Origin: an uncultured Fibrobacterota bacterium
GTDB lineage: Bacteria > Fibrobacterota > Fibrobacteria > Fibrobacterales > Fibrobacteraceae
Assembly (NCBI GenBank): GCA_903876665.1
Contig: CAIRAY010000093.1
Location: forward strand, 5,685 to 37,684
DNA: 32,000 nucleotides
Reading direction: 5' to 3'
The position numbers and the translations under genes were made by a program. Below the pieces are notes generated by a model. The model did no database searches and was not told where the DNA came from. It saw only the letters and a list, made by a program, of their open reading frames with translations. Below are positions 8,258 to 17,043 of this stretch, in pieces. Every line of letters begins with the position of its first letter. Position 1 is the first letter of the stretch.

Positions 8258-8462
8258 AAGCGCAAAAAAGATGGTATTAAAGTGTCATGCCCGGCACGGG
8301 CATCGCCGGTGCTTGTTGCTGCATTGTTCGGGCGTGGTGCGGTGATGGTCCACACAGTGGATAGTGCTCCACTAAGGGCAAAGCCCTAAGTGGCCAAGCT
8401 TTGCATAGCTGCCAGTAACCGTAACTGGCAGCACATCGGCCCTTCCGGCCATGACAACCGGG
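8258..8462. repeat. Tandem duplication, copy 1 (139-bp core 8258-8396, 40-nt copy-specific insert, 26-nt tail)
   Basis: The core is identical to 8464-8602 apart from C8291 versus A8497. The tail 8437-8462 matches 8605-8630 at 24/26 positions. The insert 8397-8436 carries a perfect 9-bp hairpin, 8408-8416/8424-8432. Confidence 0.9.
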
Positions 8463-8463
8463 C

Positions 8464-8630
8464 AAGCGCAAAAAAGATGGTATTAAAGTGTCATGCACGG
8501 CACGGGCATCGCCGGTGCTTGTTGCTGCATTGTTCGGGCGTGGTGCGGTGATGGTCCACACAGTGGATAGTGCTCCACTAAGGGCAAAGCCCTAAGTGGC
8601 CACTCGGCCGTTCCGGCCATGATAACCGGG
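8464..8630. repeat. Tandem duplication, copy 2 (139-bp core 8464-8602 plus tail 8605-8630)
   Basis: It is offset from copy 1 by exactly 206 nt across the core, and 138/139 positions are identical. Confidence 0.9.
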
Positions 8631-8763
8631 ACGACAAAGAAAACACAGCCACCCAAAAGGCCTTGGATTTCTTTAATGCGTTTGCCTTGCGAAATTACCC
8701 ATATTCCTATGGACTTTTCTAAGTTGAATCGGTATTTTGTAAGACTTGAATGCCAGAAAAATC

Positions 8764-11700
8764 ATGTTCCGAAAGTATTTAAGGCACGCGACAGGATTGC
8801 TCCCCGCTCTGCTGGCTTTGGTGATGAGTGCCCACGCGCAGTCATCACCTGCGGTCGTACCCTCAAATGCGTCTGGGTCCAGCCTGGAATACATCCCCAC
8901 TCCTCCCAGCACCCATCCCTTGCAGGGCCTTCTCCCCAAAGGGGGAATTGGGCAACACCCGGCCTGGGGATATCTCAAAATGCCTGAGCGGAATTTGCTC
9001 AATCGCCACGAGGTAGATTTCGAAAGCCGCGAAGTCCGCATCCATGCCCTTTACTACAACACCCTATCCCGCGACACCACCAACATGTGGACCGCTTACT
9101 ATCAGGAGCTGACCTCCTACACTTTTGACATGTTCGACATTGGGTTCCGCAGGCTGTGGCTCAATTCCCTAATTGGGCAAAAGGATGGCGGGTCCGAATC
9201 CCAGGAAGGCTCCCTGTTTGATATTTCCATTCCGGTAAATATGCCTGCCTGGATGAAGGACCTTGGCCTGGACAAGCCCAAGCTACAACTTCAAGGGACA
9301 ATGAACATCAAGTTCACCGGAATTGGAACTTACGATGATGCACCCGGAAGTACGCAAAAATCCTTGTGGCCTTCTCCCAACTTGAGCTATGAACCGAGCT
9401 TCCTGGTCAAAGGAAAGATTGGGCGAAACATTACCGTCGAGATCAATAATACCGAAAGCGGCCTGGGCGTTCGCAATCAGTTGAAAGTGGTTTATGCCGA
9501 AGCGACCCCCGGGGAATTCGAGGACTTCATTCTGCAACGGGTGGAGTTGGGGTCCACCTCCCTCTCCCTCAAAGGCACGGAGCTAACCGGATATTCCGAG
9601 ACTCATACCGGTCTGTTCGGTGTCAAAGCCGACTTCAAGGTGGGCGACTGGAATTTGACCGCCATTGCTTCCCAGGACGGAGGCTCCACCGAAAAATACA
9701 AGATGCGCTCCAGCGAGCAGTCTGCAGAAGGCAAAATTGAGGATCGTCAGTTTGTGCCCTACAAATACTACTTCCTGACCCAAAAGTACCGCGCCGATTT
9801 CATTGCCTCTGCCATCCAAGGATCCACCCGCCCAATCACCATGCCAGTGGGTCTTGAACTGTATACCCGTCCCCGGGCCGAGGTTCTGGATGCAATTAAA
9901 GATGTGGATGCGCTGTATTACGATGCCAACGACAATCAAAGTGGACTTGGGATCACAAGTCTCATGTTGGTAAAAATGAGCGCCGAAGATTGGTCCTGGA
10001 ACCAGAATACGGGAACGGTGGTGATCAAGAACGGAAGCCGCAATACCCTGATTGTCGCGGCCTGGAACAATGCCCCAACCCATCAGGGAGCCGGGGGATT
10101 ACGCTCCGGCCAAAAGGCTGTCCTGGTCCAGACAGACGGCCAAACCAAACCTCATCTGGGCATTGAAAAGTTAATGCTTCGTAATGTCTATAACGTGGGC
10201 CTTTCCCAAGAAAACGCCACCGGCTTTGTGCTACGCATGAAGAATCAAACACTCAACGCTGTCGATTATCTGAAAACTCTTGGAGTGCTGGATAGTGCCT
10301 CGGGAAGCGCCAAAGTGACTGATGACGCCATTTTCCCCAAAGAGGGTTCCAAATACTCTGGTGAAATGTGGCTCCCCTGTCTGCCGGCGTCCTGGTATGT
10401 CAAATACAACAATGCCACCCAGGCTTTGGCGATTCAGCGAGCATCAGAAAACTGCCTGGAACCCCTGCGGGCTGTGGATTCCTCTGCCACGATCAAAAAT
10501 CTCTACACCTTGCCGGTCGCAAGTCTCACCTCCAGCCAATATGCTCCTCAGTACAGTTTTTATACCGTGGGAAAGCTTCGCTCGTCCTTTATGAGCATCC
10601 GCGATGCAGGTTCATCCTATTCGGTCAATTCGGGAAACTGCATAGACATTGCCCCGGGTTCCGAAACCCTGAAAATCAAATCGGACAAGCTGGTGGCCAA
10701 TGTCGATTATTCCGTGAACTACGAGCTGGGGCAAATTGAATTGTTGAGCGAAAAAGCCCTCAATCCCAATAACGAAATCGAAGTCACCTACGAATGTGAA
10801 CCACTGTTCCAAATTGACAACAAGCTTTTGTTGGGAGGTCGCGCAGAATATCCCATCAAGAGCTTAAGCGACAAATCCCTCTTTGGCTTGACTGCGCTGT
10901 ACAAGAGCCAGAGCACCACCCAGGAACAACCTCGCTTTGGTGGAGAACCCTATTCCAGCGTACTGCTTGGCGCAAACTTGACTTTGCAGGATTCCGCCCG
11001 TTGGATGGACCGTTTCACCAATGCCCTTCCTTTCATTGACACCAAGGCCCGCTCCCAATGGACCGTCGAAGGAGAAGTCGCGGCCAGTTACCACAATGCC
11101 AACACCTCCGCCAACAAAACCGCATTGCTGGACGATTTTGAAAACAGCCTGCGCTCCATCCAGTATTCCACCTACCGGACCTTCTGGTACCCTGCCTCAC
11201 CACCGGGTGGCACCATCGATGATCCTTCCACCTATATCCCGCTTTTGGATTTCAAGCACAAAGGTGAATTCATTTGGCATTCCAACCAGAGCGAGCGCTA
11301 TCGCAATGTCTATACTGCGGTCGGGAATACGGAAGTGGACTCCCGCGAACTGCCGATCCTCAAATTCACCTTGCGTCCCAACGACAATCTGGAAGGAAAT
11401 TCCTGGGGTGGCGTCATGCGCGCCAACGGAACTTACAATCAGGATTTAAGCGATTTCCGTTATCTGGAAGTGGTGGCCCGTGGCAACGTGGGCAATCTTT
11501 TTGTGGACCTGGGTGCGATCAGTGAAGATGTTCCTGTAGGCGGGATGGAACCCAACCGGGAGATCAATACCGAGGCCGATCCTTGGACCGCAAAGGCCAA
11601 CGACGACAACGGTATAGACGGCGTGGGAGACGGGACATCGACCTCCACGGCAAGCGAAGTTCGGGTGGATTGGAATTGCCGTGTGCCGGGATGCATTGCG

Positions 11701-14700
11701 GACACGGTGAAAACCGGCGCGAACCCTGACCTGGCCCAGGATAATTTTTCCTTGCAGGAAAATGATACAGATCCCGATGTGCATATCAACGGTACCGAAG
11801 GAAACAACGGCCCCAATGAACGCCCCTACGACACGGAAGATTTGAACGACAACCGTTCCCTCGAAGTCGATAACCGCTTTGTGCGCTATCGCATCAATTT
11901 AGAATCTACCGACCTCAATGATTTTGAAGAGCTGAAGAACGGCTGGCGCCGCTGGCGCATCCCGCTTTCGGAATACGACACCATTGTTTCCGGTGATGGC
12001 ACTTCCTGGCAAGAGATTCTTGGCCAAACGCCCATGACCCGCATCTGGTACGGAAGGCTCAAGCATGGCGTGGTGGAAGGTCAATCCCAGATTCTCGATT
12101 TGCGCATCGTAGGCAATCAATGGACTGCGGATTCCACCGGCAACCAATATGGTGTCGTGGTCGATGGCCCAACCCAGACCGTCATCGTGGATGGAATGCC
12201 AGTGCAAGTTACCGTGCCGGGCACAGTTGTCAAGCAGGACACCAATTATTTGCGCGTTCGTGTCCTCAATAATCGCGATGATGCCGGCACCTATTTCAAG
12301 AGCGAAAAAACCGTCACCGAGCGCGATGCCCAGACTAGCGCTGCGCTCAAAGAACAAAGTCTGGTCATGGATTTTGGTGGTCTGCACAAAAACCAGGCTG
12401 TCAGTGCCACGCGGTTTTTCGATGGTGAAGAAAAGGACTTGACTCAATACCAAAAGATCCAACTGGAAATCCTCTACAAGAGCGACGCCATCCGCAGTGC
12501 CACCGATTCCATCCCCGTGCGCTTCGCGGTCCAGCTTGGTCTGGGTGGCCCCGAGGGTTCGACGAATTATTACGAATGGTCCTATACGCCCCGCCTGATG
12601 AATAGCGCGGAATGTACCGCAGAGAGGCTTACCATTCAGAATTGCCATGAGCAGAATTGGGACGACAACCGCTTTGTCCTGGATCTGAGTAAATTCGTGG
12701 ATTTGAAAAAAGGCAGAGGTCCACGCGATTTGCCCAAATATGTTTCCATTCCTTCGTCCACCAAGTTTGAACGCAACGAGCGGGTCGGCATTGTGGGGAA
12801 CCCATCCATTGGGCGCGTGAACTGGGTTCGCTTTGTGGTGATTGCCCAGGACTCGCTTGCCCGTTCCGGTTCGCTCTGGGTGAACGATCTGCGGCTTTCC
12901 GGCATGAGCAATGAATGGGGCGTAGCGGCTCGTTTGCGCGCGCAAATGGACTTTGCCGACCTCATGACCCTTTCCGGTGAGTTGAATTATCGCGATGGTG
13001 CCTTTGCCACCCTCAAAAGCGAAGGCAAGTCCCCCAAGCCCACGCTGGCTGAATCCAATGCGAGCCTGGAGGCCAAGGCCAACTACTCGCTCAATATCAA
13101 TAAATTCTTCAAGGACGAGTGGATGTTGCACATGCCACTCTCCCTGAGTTATGATGCGTCGGTTCTTCGCCCTTATTTGAAACCCCAGAGCGATGAGCGG
13201 CTCAGCAAGGATGACCTGAAGGAAATATCGACCCACTCGTTCAATGTCACCCAGGACGATTTGGCTGGTCCCATGGATACCCTGTTGTCTCGGGACCTTC
13301 GCGATGGATTGGACTCTGCGGAGCAGTATCTTCGGGACAACCAGAAGTCCAAAGGTTTTCAGAATTTCTCTCGCACCAAGAGCTTGAGCATTGGCTACGC
13401 CAAAGAGCATACGGAAGATGAAAATCTGTGGATGGATTGGGCAACCCAGGCCTTCCTGGAACGGCCCGAATTCAATTTCCGCTACAGTGAAACCCAGTCC
13501 CACTCGGCCACCAGCGCCGATTCGTCCTACACCTACGGCGCTTCCCTGAAATACAAGTTGGGCTCTTACAAGCCCTTTAACCTCACTCCCTTCAAAGCCT
13601 TTCCTTCGCTGGTTTTTGAGCCCTGGCCCCAGACCATGGACGTTACCCTTGCCGATTTCCTCTACAGCAAGTCGCTGGGGCAGGAACTCGATCCAAACTA
13701 TGTCGCACCACTGGCGGATCCTACCCAGATTTTTGGTGTCGACTTGAAACACAAAATTGATATGCGGTGGAATATTCTCCCCTTCTTGACTGCCGCCTAT
13801 TCCCTCGGAGTCGAACGCGATATGAACCGTGGCCATGACCGGCAATCCTTCACCCGCGATAATTTCTTTGACCCGGGCAGCGAAAATGGATTATTTGCCA
13901 GAAAGGTCGTATTTGACTATGACACCAATGACTGCGAGCTGGTCATTGCCAAAAGCAAGGATTCCGTTGCGGTGGAATACAAGGTGGCCCGTGACGGTCA
14001 GACCTTGAATGAGCTCGACTCCTCCACCTATAATTTGGATACCACCTGGATTCAACGGGATACTATTGTTGATGTGGGCGACTGTTCCTACGGTCGTCGC
14101 TTTGGTGTGCTCCGCAACGAACGCTCCCGCACCCAGGATTTCAAGCTCAACTTCAATCCCATGGTCATCCCATTTTTGCCCACGCGCTTCACTTTCGGAA
14201 GCACGTTCCAGCAGAACAAGACCATCCCGACTCCCTTTAGCCTGCTGGATCCGGAGACTTTGAAGAAAAACTTCTGGAGCATTGAGCAGACCAACCGCTT
14301 CGAAGTGATTCCTACGGTGAAGCTAGTGGATCTCTTTGGCTGGGGATCCAAAAATAAGGTTACCGAATTCCTGAACAAGTGGAAGCTACAAGAATTACGC
14401 ACAAACTGGTCGGTAGATGTGGGCACCAAGGGCGAAGACTTTACCTTATACCAATTGCGCGAACGACAGAAGGTCACTCCGGCACAATATTACCTCTACG
14501 GACTAGGCATTGGCGATGGCAAGAGCGTGCGCAATTTCTGGGACCTCGTGACTGGTGACATGAATCTTAATCGCGACGATTACGAACAATTCGCTGAATA
14601 CCGCAACCGGCATGTAGATACTTTGGTGTATCAAGGTGCATTTACGCATGCCGTCAAGCGCAATGCTTCCTTGGGGTCAAATCTAACCTTGCCCATCTGG

Positions 14701-15642
14701 GATGTCGCTATTACGGGTGACCTGTTTTGGTCCGAAGAGTTTACCCAGAAGCGGGAGACGCCCCTTTACCTGGACACCACCACCACCTGGCCCAAGGCAG
14801 GCGTGGGCGTAACGATTCCCAATTTTGCGAGCCGTTTGAACCTGTTGAAGAGTTATTTCAGCTCTTTTGCCCTCAACCATCGCACGGATTACACCTTTAC
14901 ACGCTCGGTCACTCCGTTCCAGAATGCGGAAGACGAATGGAAGACCGAATGGGGATTTTCGCCCTTGGTGAGCATCCAAACTCTCACAAAAAAGAACGTC
15001 CACATCGATAACGACATCAATCTGAATTTATCCCATTCCTTGCGCCGTCCAAAAATCCAGGTGGTGCCATACCCCGGCTGGCCAGATACCACGACCCACA
15101 GCACCCTGGATAGCTCGCTGTTTATCGATGTTCCTTGGATGCACACCGATTCCAACCAGAGCTGGGGGACCAAAATTGGGGATGAGCTTTCCATTGGTTA
15201 CGATCTGAAGACCGCGCGAGGATTCCAGCTTTTCAAGTGGTACTTCCGTCTCAAAAACAACATCAATCTGAAATTGAATACCGGCCTCACCTACGAAACC
15301 ATTCGTTACCGTGAGCGGGCAGTGGTCCCGGATTACAGTCCAATTCAGAACAATGCCTCTGCAGGTTCGGTAAACGGAAAGATCGCCTGCGACGACAAGG
15401 GTGAAAACTGCCAATTGGTGTACAATCCGCTGTTTGTGGAGGTCTCCGACGAAACTGAACGGACTCCTACGGCCACGTGGGAATACTACATCCGCCCCAA
15501 TGCGGGTTACCAGTTCAACAAGATGGCTACCGGAAGCGCGTTCCTGGAATATCGATACAATCGATCCAAAACCAACGATGGCGAAACGAATTCCATCCAT
15601 ACCCTACGGTTTGAAATCGCGCTGATGCTGCAGTTTGATTAG
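8764..15642 (+). CDS. sprA: Type IX secretion system translocon / gliding-motility protein SprA (Sov family), about 2290 aa
   Basis: The giant ORF has a signal peptide, MFRKYLRHATGLLPALLALVMSAHA-Q, when started at ATG 8764; the tracked start at 8746 is a TTG. The N-terminal block KGKIGRNITVEINNTES...LKVVYAE....FEDFILQRVELG...LFGVKADFKVGDWNLTAIASQDGG matches the remembered SprA N-terminal repeat consensus (kGkiGdkl.v..n.nte...lkl.Y.g..ediiq.iE.G...LfG.k..l.fG....t.v.Sqq). The C-terminus is beta-rich and ends MLQFD. Confidence 0.85.
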   Translation: MFRKYLRHATGLLPALLALVMSAHAQSSPAVVPSNASGSSLEYIPTPPSTHPLQGLLPKGGIGQHPAWGYLKMPERNLLNRHEVDFESREVRIHALYYNTLSRDTTNMWTAYYQELTSYTFDMFDIGFRRLWLNSLIGQKDGGSESQEGSLFDISIPVNMPAWMKDLGLDKPKLQLQGTMNIKFTGIGTYDDAPGSTQKSLWPSPNLSYEPSFLVKGKIGRNITVEINNTESGLGVRNQLKVVYAEATPGEFEDFILQRVELGSTSLSLKGTELTGYSETHTGLFGVKADFKVGDWNLTAIASQDGGSTEKYKMRSSEQSAEGKIEDRQFVPYKYYFLTQKYRADFIASAIQGSTRPITMPVGLELYTRPRAEVLDAIKDVDALYYDANDNQSGLGITSLMLVKMSAEDWSWNQNTGTVVIKNGSRNTLIVAAWNNAPTHQGAGGLRSGQKAVLVQTDGQTKPHLGIEKLMLRNVYNVGLSQENATGFVLRMKNQTLNAVDYLKTLGVLDSASGSAKVTDDAIFPKEGSKYSGEMWLPCLPASWYVKYNNATQALAIQRASENCLEPLRAVDSSATIKNLYTLPVASLTSSQYAPQYSFYTVGKLRSSFMSIRDAGSSYSVNSGNCIDIAPGSETLKIKSDKLVANVDYSVNYELGQIELLSEKALNPNNEIEVTYECEPLFQIDNKLLLGGRAEYPIKSLSDKSLFGLTALYKSQSTTQEQPRFGGEPYSSVLLGANLTLQDSARWMDRFTNALPFIDTKARSQWTVEGEVAASYHNANTSANKTALLDDFENSLRSIQYSTYRTFWYPASPPGGTIDDPSTYIPLLDFKHKGEFIWHSNQSERYRNVYTAVGNTEVDSRELPILKFTLRPNDNLEGNSWGGVMRANGTYNQDLSDFRYLEVVARGNVGNLFVDLGAISEDVPVGGMEPNREINTEADPWTAKANDDNGIDGVGDGTSTSTASEVRVDWNCRVPGCIADTVKTGANPDLAQDNFSLQENDTDPDVHINGTEGNNGPNERPYDTEDLNDNRSLEVDNRFVRYRINLESTDLNDFEELKNGWRRWRIPLSEYDTIVSGDGTSWQEILGQTPMTRIWYGRLKHGVVEGQSQILDLRIVGNQWTADSTGNQYGVVVDGPTQTVIVDGMPVQVTVPGTVVKQDTNYLRVRVLNNRDDAGTYFKSEKTVTERDAQTSAALKEQSLVMDFGGLHKNQAVSATRFFDGEEKDLTQYQKIQLEILYKSDAIRSATDSIPVRFAVQLGLGGPEGSTNYYEWSYTPRLMNSAECTAERLTIQNCHEQNWDDNRFVLDLSKFVDLKKGRGPRDLPKYVSIPSSTKFERNERVGIVGNPSIGRVNWVRFVVIAQDSLARSGSLWVNDLRLSGMSNEWGVAARLRAQMDFADLMTLSGELNYRDGAFATLKSEGKSPKPTLAESNASLEAKANYSLNINKFFKDEWMLHMPLSLSYDASVLRPYLKPQSDERLSKDDLKEISTHSFNVTQDDLAGPMDTLLSRDLRDGLDSAEQYLRDNQKSKGFQNFSRTKSLSIGYAKEHTEDENLWMDWATQAFLERPEFNFRYSETQSHSATSADSSYTYGASLKYKLGSYKPFNLTPFKAFPSLVFEPWPQTMDVTLADFLYSKSLGQELDPNYVAPLADPTQIFGVDLKHKIDMRWNILPFLTAAYSLGVERDMNRGHDRQSFTRDNFFDPGSENGLFARKVVFDYDTNDCELVIAKSKDSVAVEYKVARDGQTLNELDSSTYNLDTTWIQRDTIVDVGDCSYGRRFGVLRNERSRTQDFKLNFNPMVIPFLPTRFTFGSTFQQNKTIPTPFSLLDPETLKKNFWSIEQTNRFEVIPTVKLVDLFGWGSKNKVTEFLNKWKLQELRTNWSVDVGTKGEDFTLYQLRERQKVTPAQYYLYGLGIGDGKSVRNFWDLVTGDMNLNRDDYEQFAEYRNRHVDTLVYQGAFTHAVKRNASLGSNLTLPIWDVAITGDLFWSEEFTQKRETPLYLDTTTTWPKAGVGVTIPNFASRLNLLKSYFSSFALNHRTDYTFTRSVTPFQNAEDEWKTEWGFSPLVSIQTLTKKNVHIDNDINLNLSHSLRRPKIQVVPYPGWPDTTTHSTLDSSLFIDVPWMHTDSNQSWGTKIGDELSIGYDLKTARGFQLFKWYFRLKNNINLKLNTGLTYETIRYRERAVVPDYSPIQNNASAGSVNGKIACDDKGENCQLVYNPLFVEVSDETERTPTATWEYYIRPNAGYQFNKMATGSAFLEYRYNRSKTNDGETNSIHTLRFEIALMLQFD

Positions 15643-15682
15643 CCATTCCTAATTATGCGGCATGACAGACTGCCGGGCATGA

Positions 15683-15720
15683 CAATCCATAAATACTATG
15701 TGCGGAGTACTTTTGGATTG
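15683..15720. terminator. Imperfect hairpin between convergent sprA and fliI
   Basis: Arm 15683-15697 pairs with arm 15706-15720 at 13 of 15 positions, with an 8-nt loop. There is no clean U-tract on either strand. Confidence 0.3.
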
Positions 15721-15732
15721 TATCACGGTAAA

Positions 15733-17043
15733 TTATACGACCGTTAATATACCGCGTAGAACCGTTTCCAGCTTGGGCGGGTCGGACTTTTCATCCACGG
15801 CCTGTTGCAGGAATTTTTGCATGGGTTCGCGGCGCTTAATGGCCGTGTCGACCTCGGGGTCGGAGCCCTTGACATAGGCACCAATGTTGATCAGGTCTTC
15901 GTTTTTGCGATAGCTCGCCATAGAAGTCAAAAGGGGGCCGGTGATGGCGCGGAATTCGGGCGTGGTTACATCGGGGCGGCAACGGCTGATGCTTGCCAGC
16001 ACATCGATGGCGGGGTAATGGTTGCGGTGGGCGAGGGCCCGCGAAAGCACAATATGGCCATCCAGAATGGAGCGGGCCGTGTCGGCGATGGGGTCGTCCA
16101 TGTCGTCGCCTTCGACCAGAACCGTGTAGAGCCCGGTTATGGAACCCTTGGTTCCTGATCCGGCCCGTTCCAGCAACTTGGGCAGGAAGGCGAAAACGGA
16201 AGGCGTGTAGCCCTTGGTTGCGGGTGGCTCGCCGATGGCCAGCCCGATTTCGCGCTGGGCCATGGCCAAGCGTGTGGCGGAATCCAGCAGAAGCATCACC
16301 TCTTCGCCTTGGTCGCGGAAATATTCGGCAATGGTCGTGGCTAAAAGGCTTGCCTTGATGCGAATGAGCGCCGGCTGGTCGGAGGTTGCCACAATGACGA
16401 TGGATTTTTTGAGACCCTCGGGACCCAAGTCTTTTTCCACAAATTCCCGCACCTCGCGTCCGCGTTCCCCGATCAAAGCGATCACATTCACTTTGGCCAA
16501 GCAGTTTCGCGCGATCATTCCCATGGTAACGCTTTTGCCCACGCCGGAGCCTGCAAAAATTCCCAGACGCTGGCCCTGTCCAATGGTTAAGAATGAGTCC
16601 ACCGCGCGGATTCCCGTAAACATGGGCTTCACGATGCGTTTGCGTTCAAGCGCTCCGGGCGGGTTCGCGTAGATGCTGCGATGCCCTTCAAAATCAAGGG
16701 GACCCAGCTGGTCAATGGGGTTTCCCAAGCCATCGAGCACCCGACCCAAAATTCCCCATCCCACGGGAGCGACCAGGGTGGCACCATCAGCGATGACCTC
16801 CATGCCGGGGCGAATTCCTTCCAAGGGTCCCAAGGGCATCACAAGCGTTCTTTGTTCGCGGAATCCGACCACCTCGGCTTTGCAAATTTCATGGTTTCCG
16901 GACATAATCCGGCAGAGCTCACCGACGCTTGCCGTGGGACCTTCGCATTCAATGGTGAGGCCAATAATTTTAGCGACACGCCCGCGCAATAATGGAATGC
17001 GTTGGGGGACTAGCTTCTGCAGAATGGAGTTTGCAAGGTTCAC
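15733..17043 (-). CDS. fliI: Flagellum-specific ATPase FliI
   Basis: Walker A motif GSGVGKS and F1/T3SS ATPase blocks (LLLDSATR, EGDD..DPI.D). The GTG start overlaps the fliH stop as GTGA. Confidence 0.9.
   Translation of the reverse strand: MNLANSILQKLVPQRIPLLRGRVAKIIGLTIECEGPTASVGELCRIMSGNHEICKAEVVGFREQRTLVMPLGPLEGIRPGMEVIADGATLVAPVGWGILGRVLDGLGNPIDQLGPLDFEGHRSIYANPPGALERKRIVKPMFTGIRAVDSFLTIGQGQRLGIFAGSGVGKSVTMGMIARNCLAKVNVIALIGERGREVREFVEKDLGPEGLKKSIVIVATSDQPALIRIKASLLATTIAEYFRDQGEEVMLLLDSATRLAMAQREIGLAIGEPPATKGYTPSVFAFLPKLLERAGSGTKGSITGLYTVLVEGDDMDDPIADTARSILDGHIVLSRALAHRNHYPAIDVLASISRCRPDVTTPEFRAITGPLLTSMASYRKNEDLINIGAYVKGSDPEVDTAIKRREPMQKFLQQAVDEKSDPPKLETVLRGILTVV

Noticed and set aside
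8376-8386. agggcaaagcc is faintly reminiscent of the c-di-GMP-I (GEMM) riboswitch core.
   Set aside because: Only a short A-rich loop is similar. The flanking conserved GEMM elements (the GACGCAAAGCC context and the paired P1/P2 architecture) are not present.
8277-8561. A 94-aa minus-strand ORF spanning both tandem repeat copies.
   Set aside because: The two identical DNA copies are read in different frames, because the 206-nt offset is not a multiple of 3, so no peptide repeat is conserved. The ORF is most likely an artefact of the repeat.
8258-8630. A possible CRISPR array.
   Set aside because: There are only two copies. The units are 139 bp or longer, far longer than CRISPR repeats. The sequence between them is partly homologous rather than a unique spacer, and no cas genes are in the window.
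8619-8987. A 122-aa + strand ORF overlapping the sprA start region in another frame.
   Set aside because: It has no recognisable features and overlaps the sprA signal-peptide coding region, and it begins inside the repeat tail. It is probably spurious.
11899-13845. A very long (648 aa) ORF antisense to sprA, with similar long antisense ORFs at 17271..18386 (opposite fliH/fliG), 1876..2757 (opposite the GOGAT-like gene) and 3998..4963 (opposite malQ).
   Set aside because: All four are codon-aligned with the sense gene (same coordinate modulo 3). They stay open simply because the sense genes avoid TTA, CTA and TCA codons. Their translations are low-complexity with no recognisable motifs, whereas the sense strands encode clear families.
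8283-15684. A 13-nt inverted match flanking sprA: tgtcatgcccggc at 8283-8295 and gccgggcatgaca at 15672-15684. The related motif (g)gcatgaca also occurs at 15659-15667.
   Set aside because: Several chance 13-mer matches are expected in a 32-kb window when both strands are compared. There are no further extended terminal repeats or target-site duplications to suggest that sprA is carried on a mobile unit.
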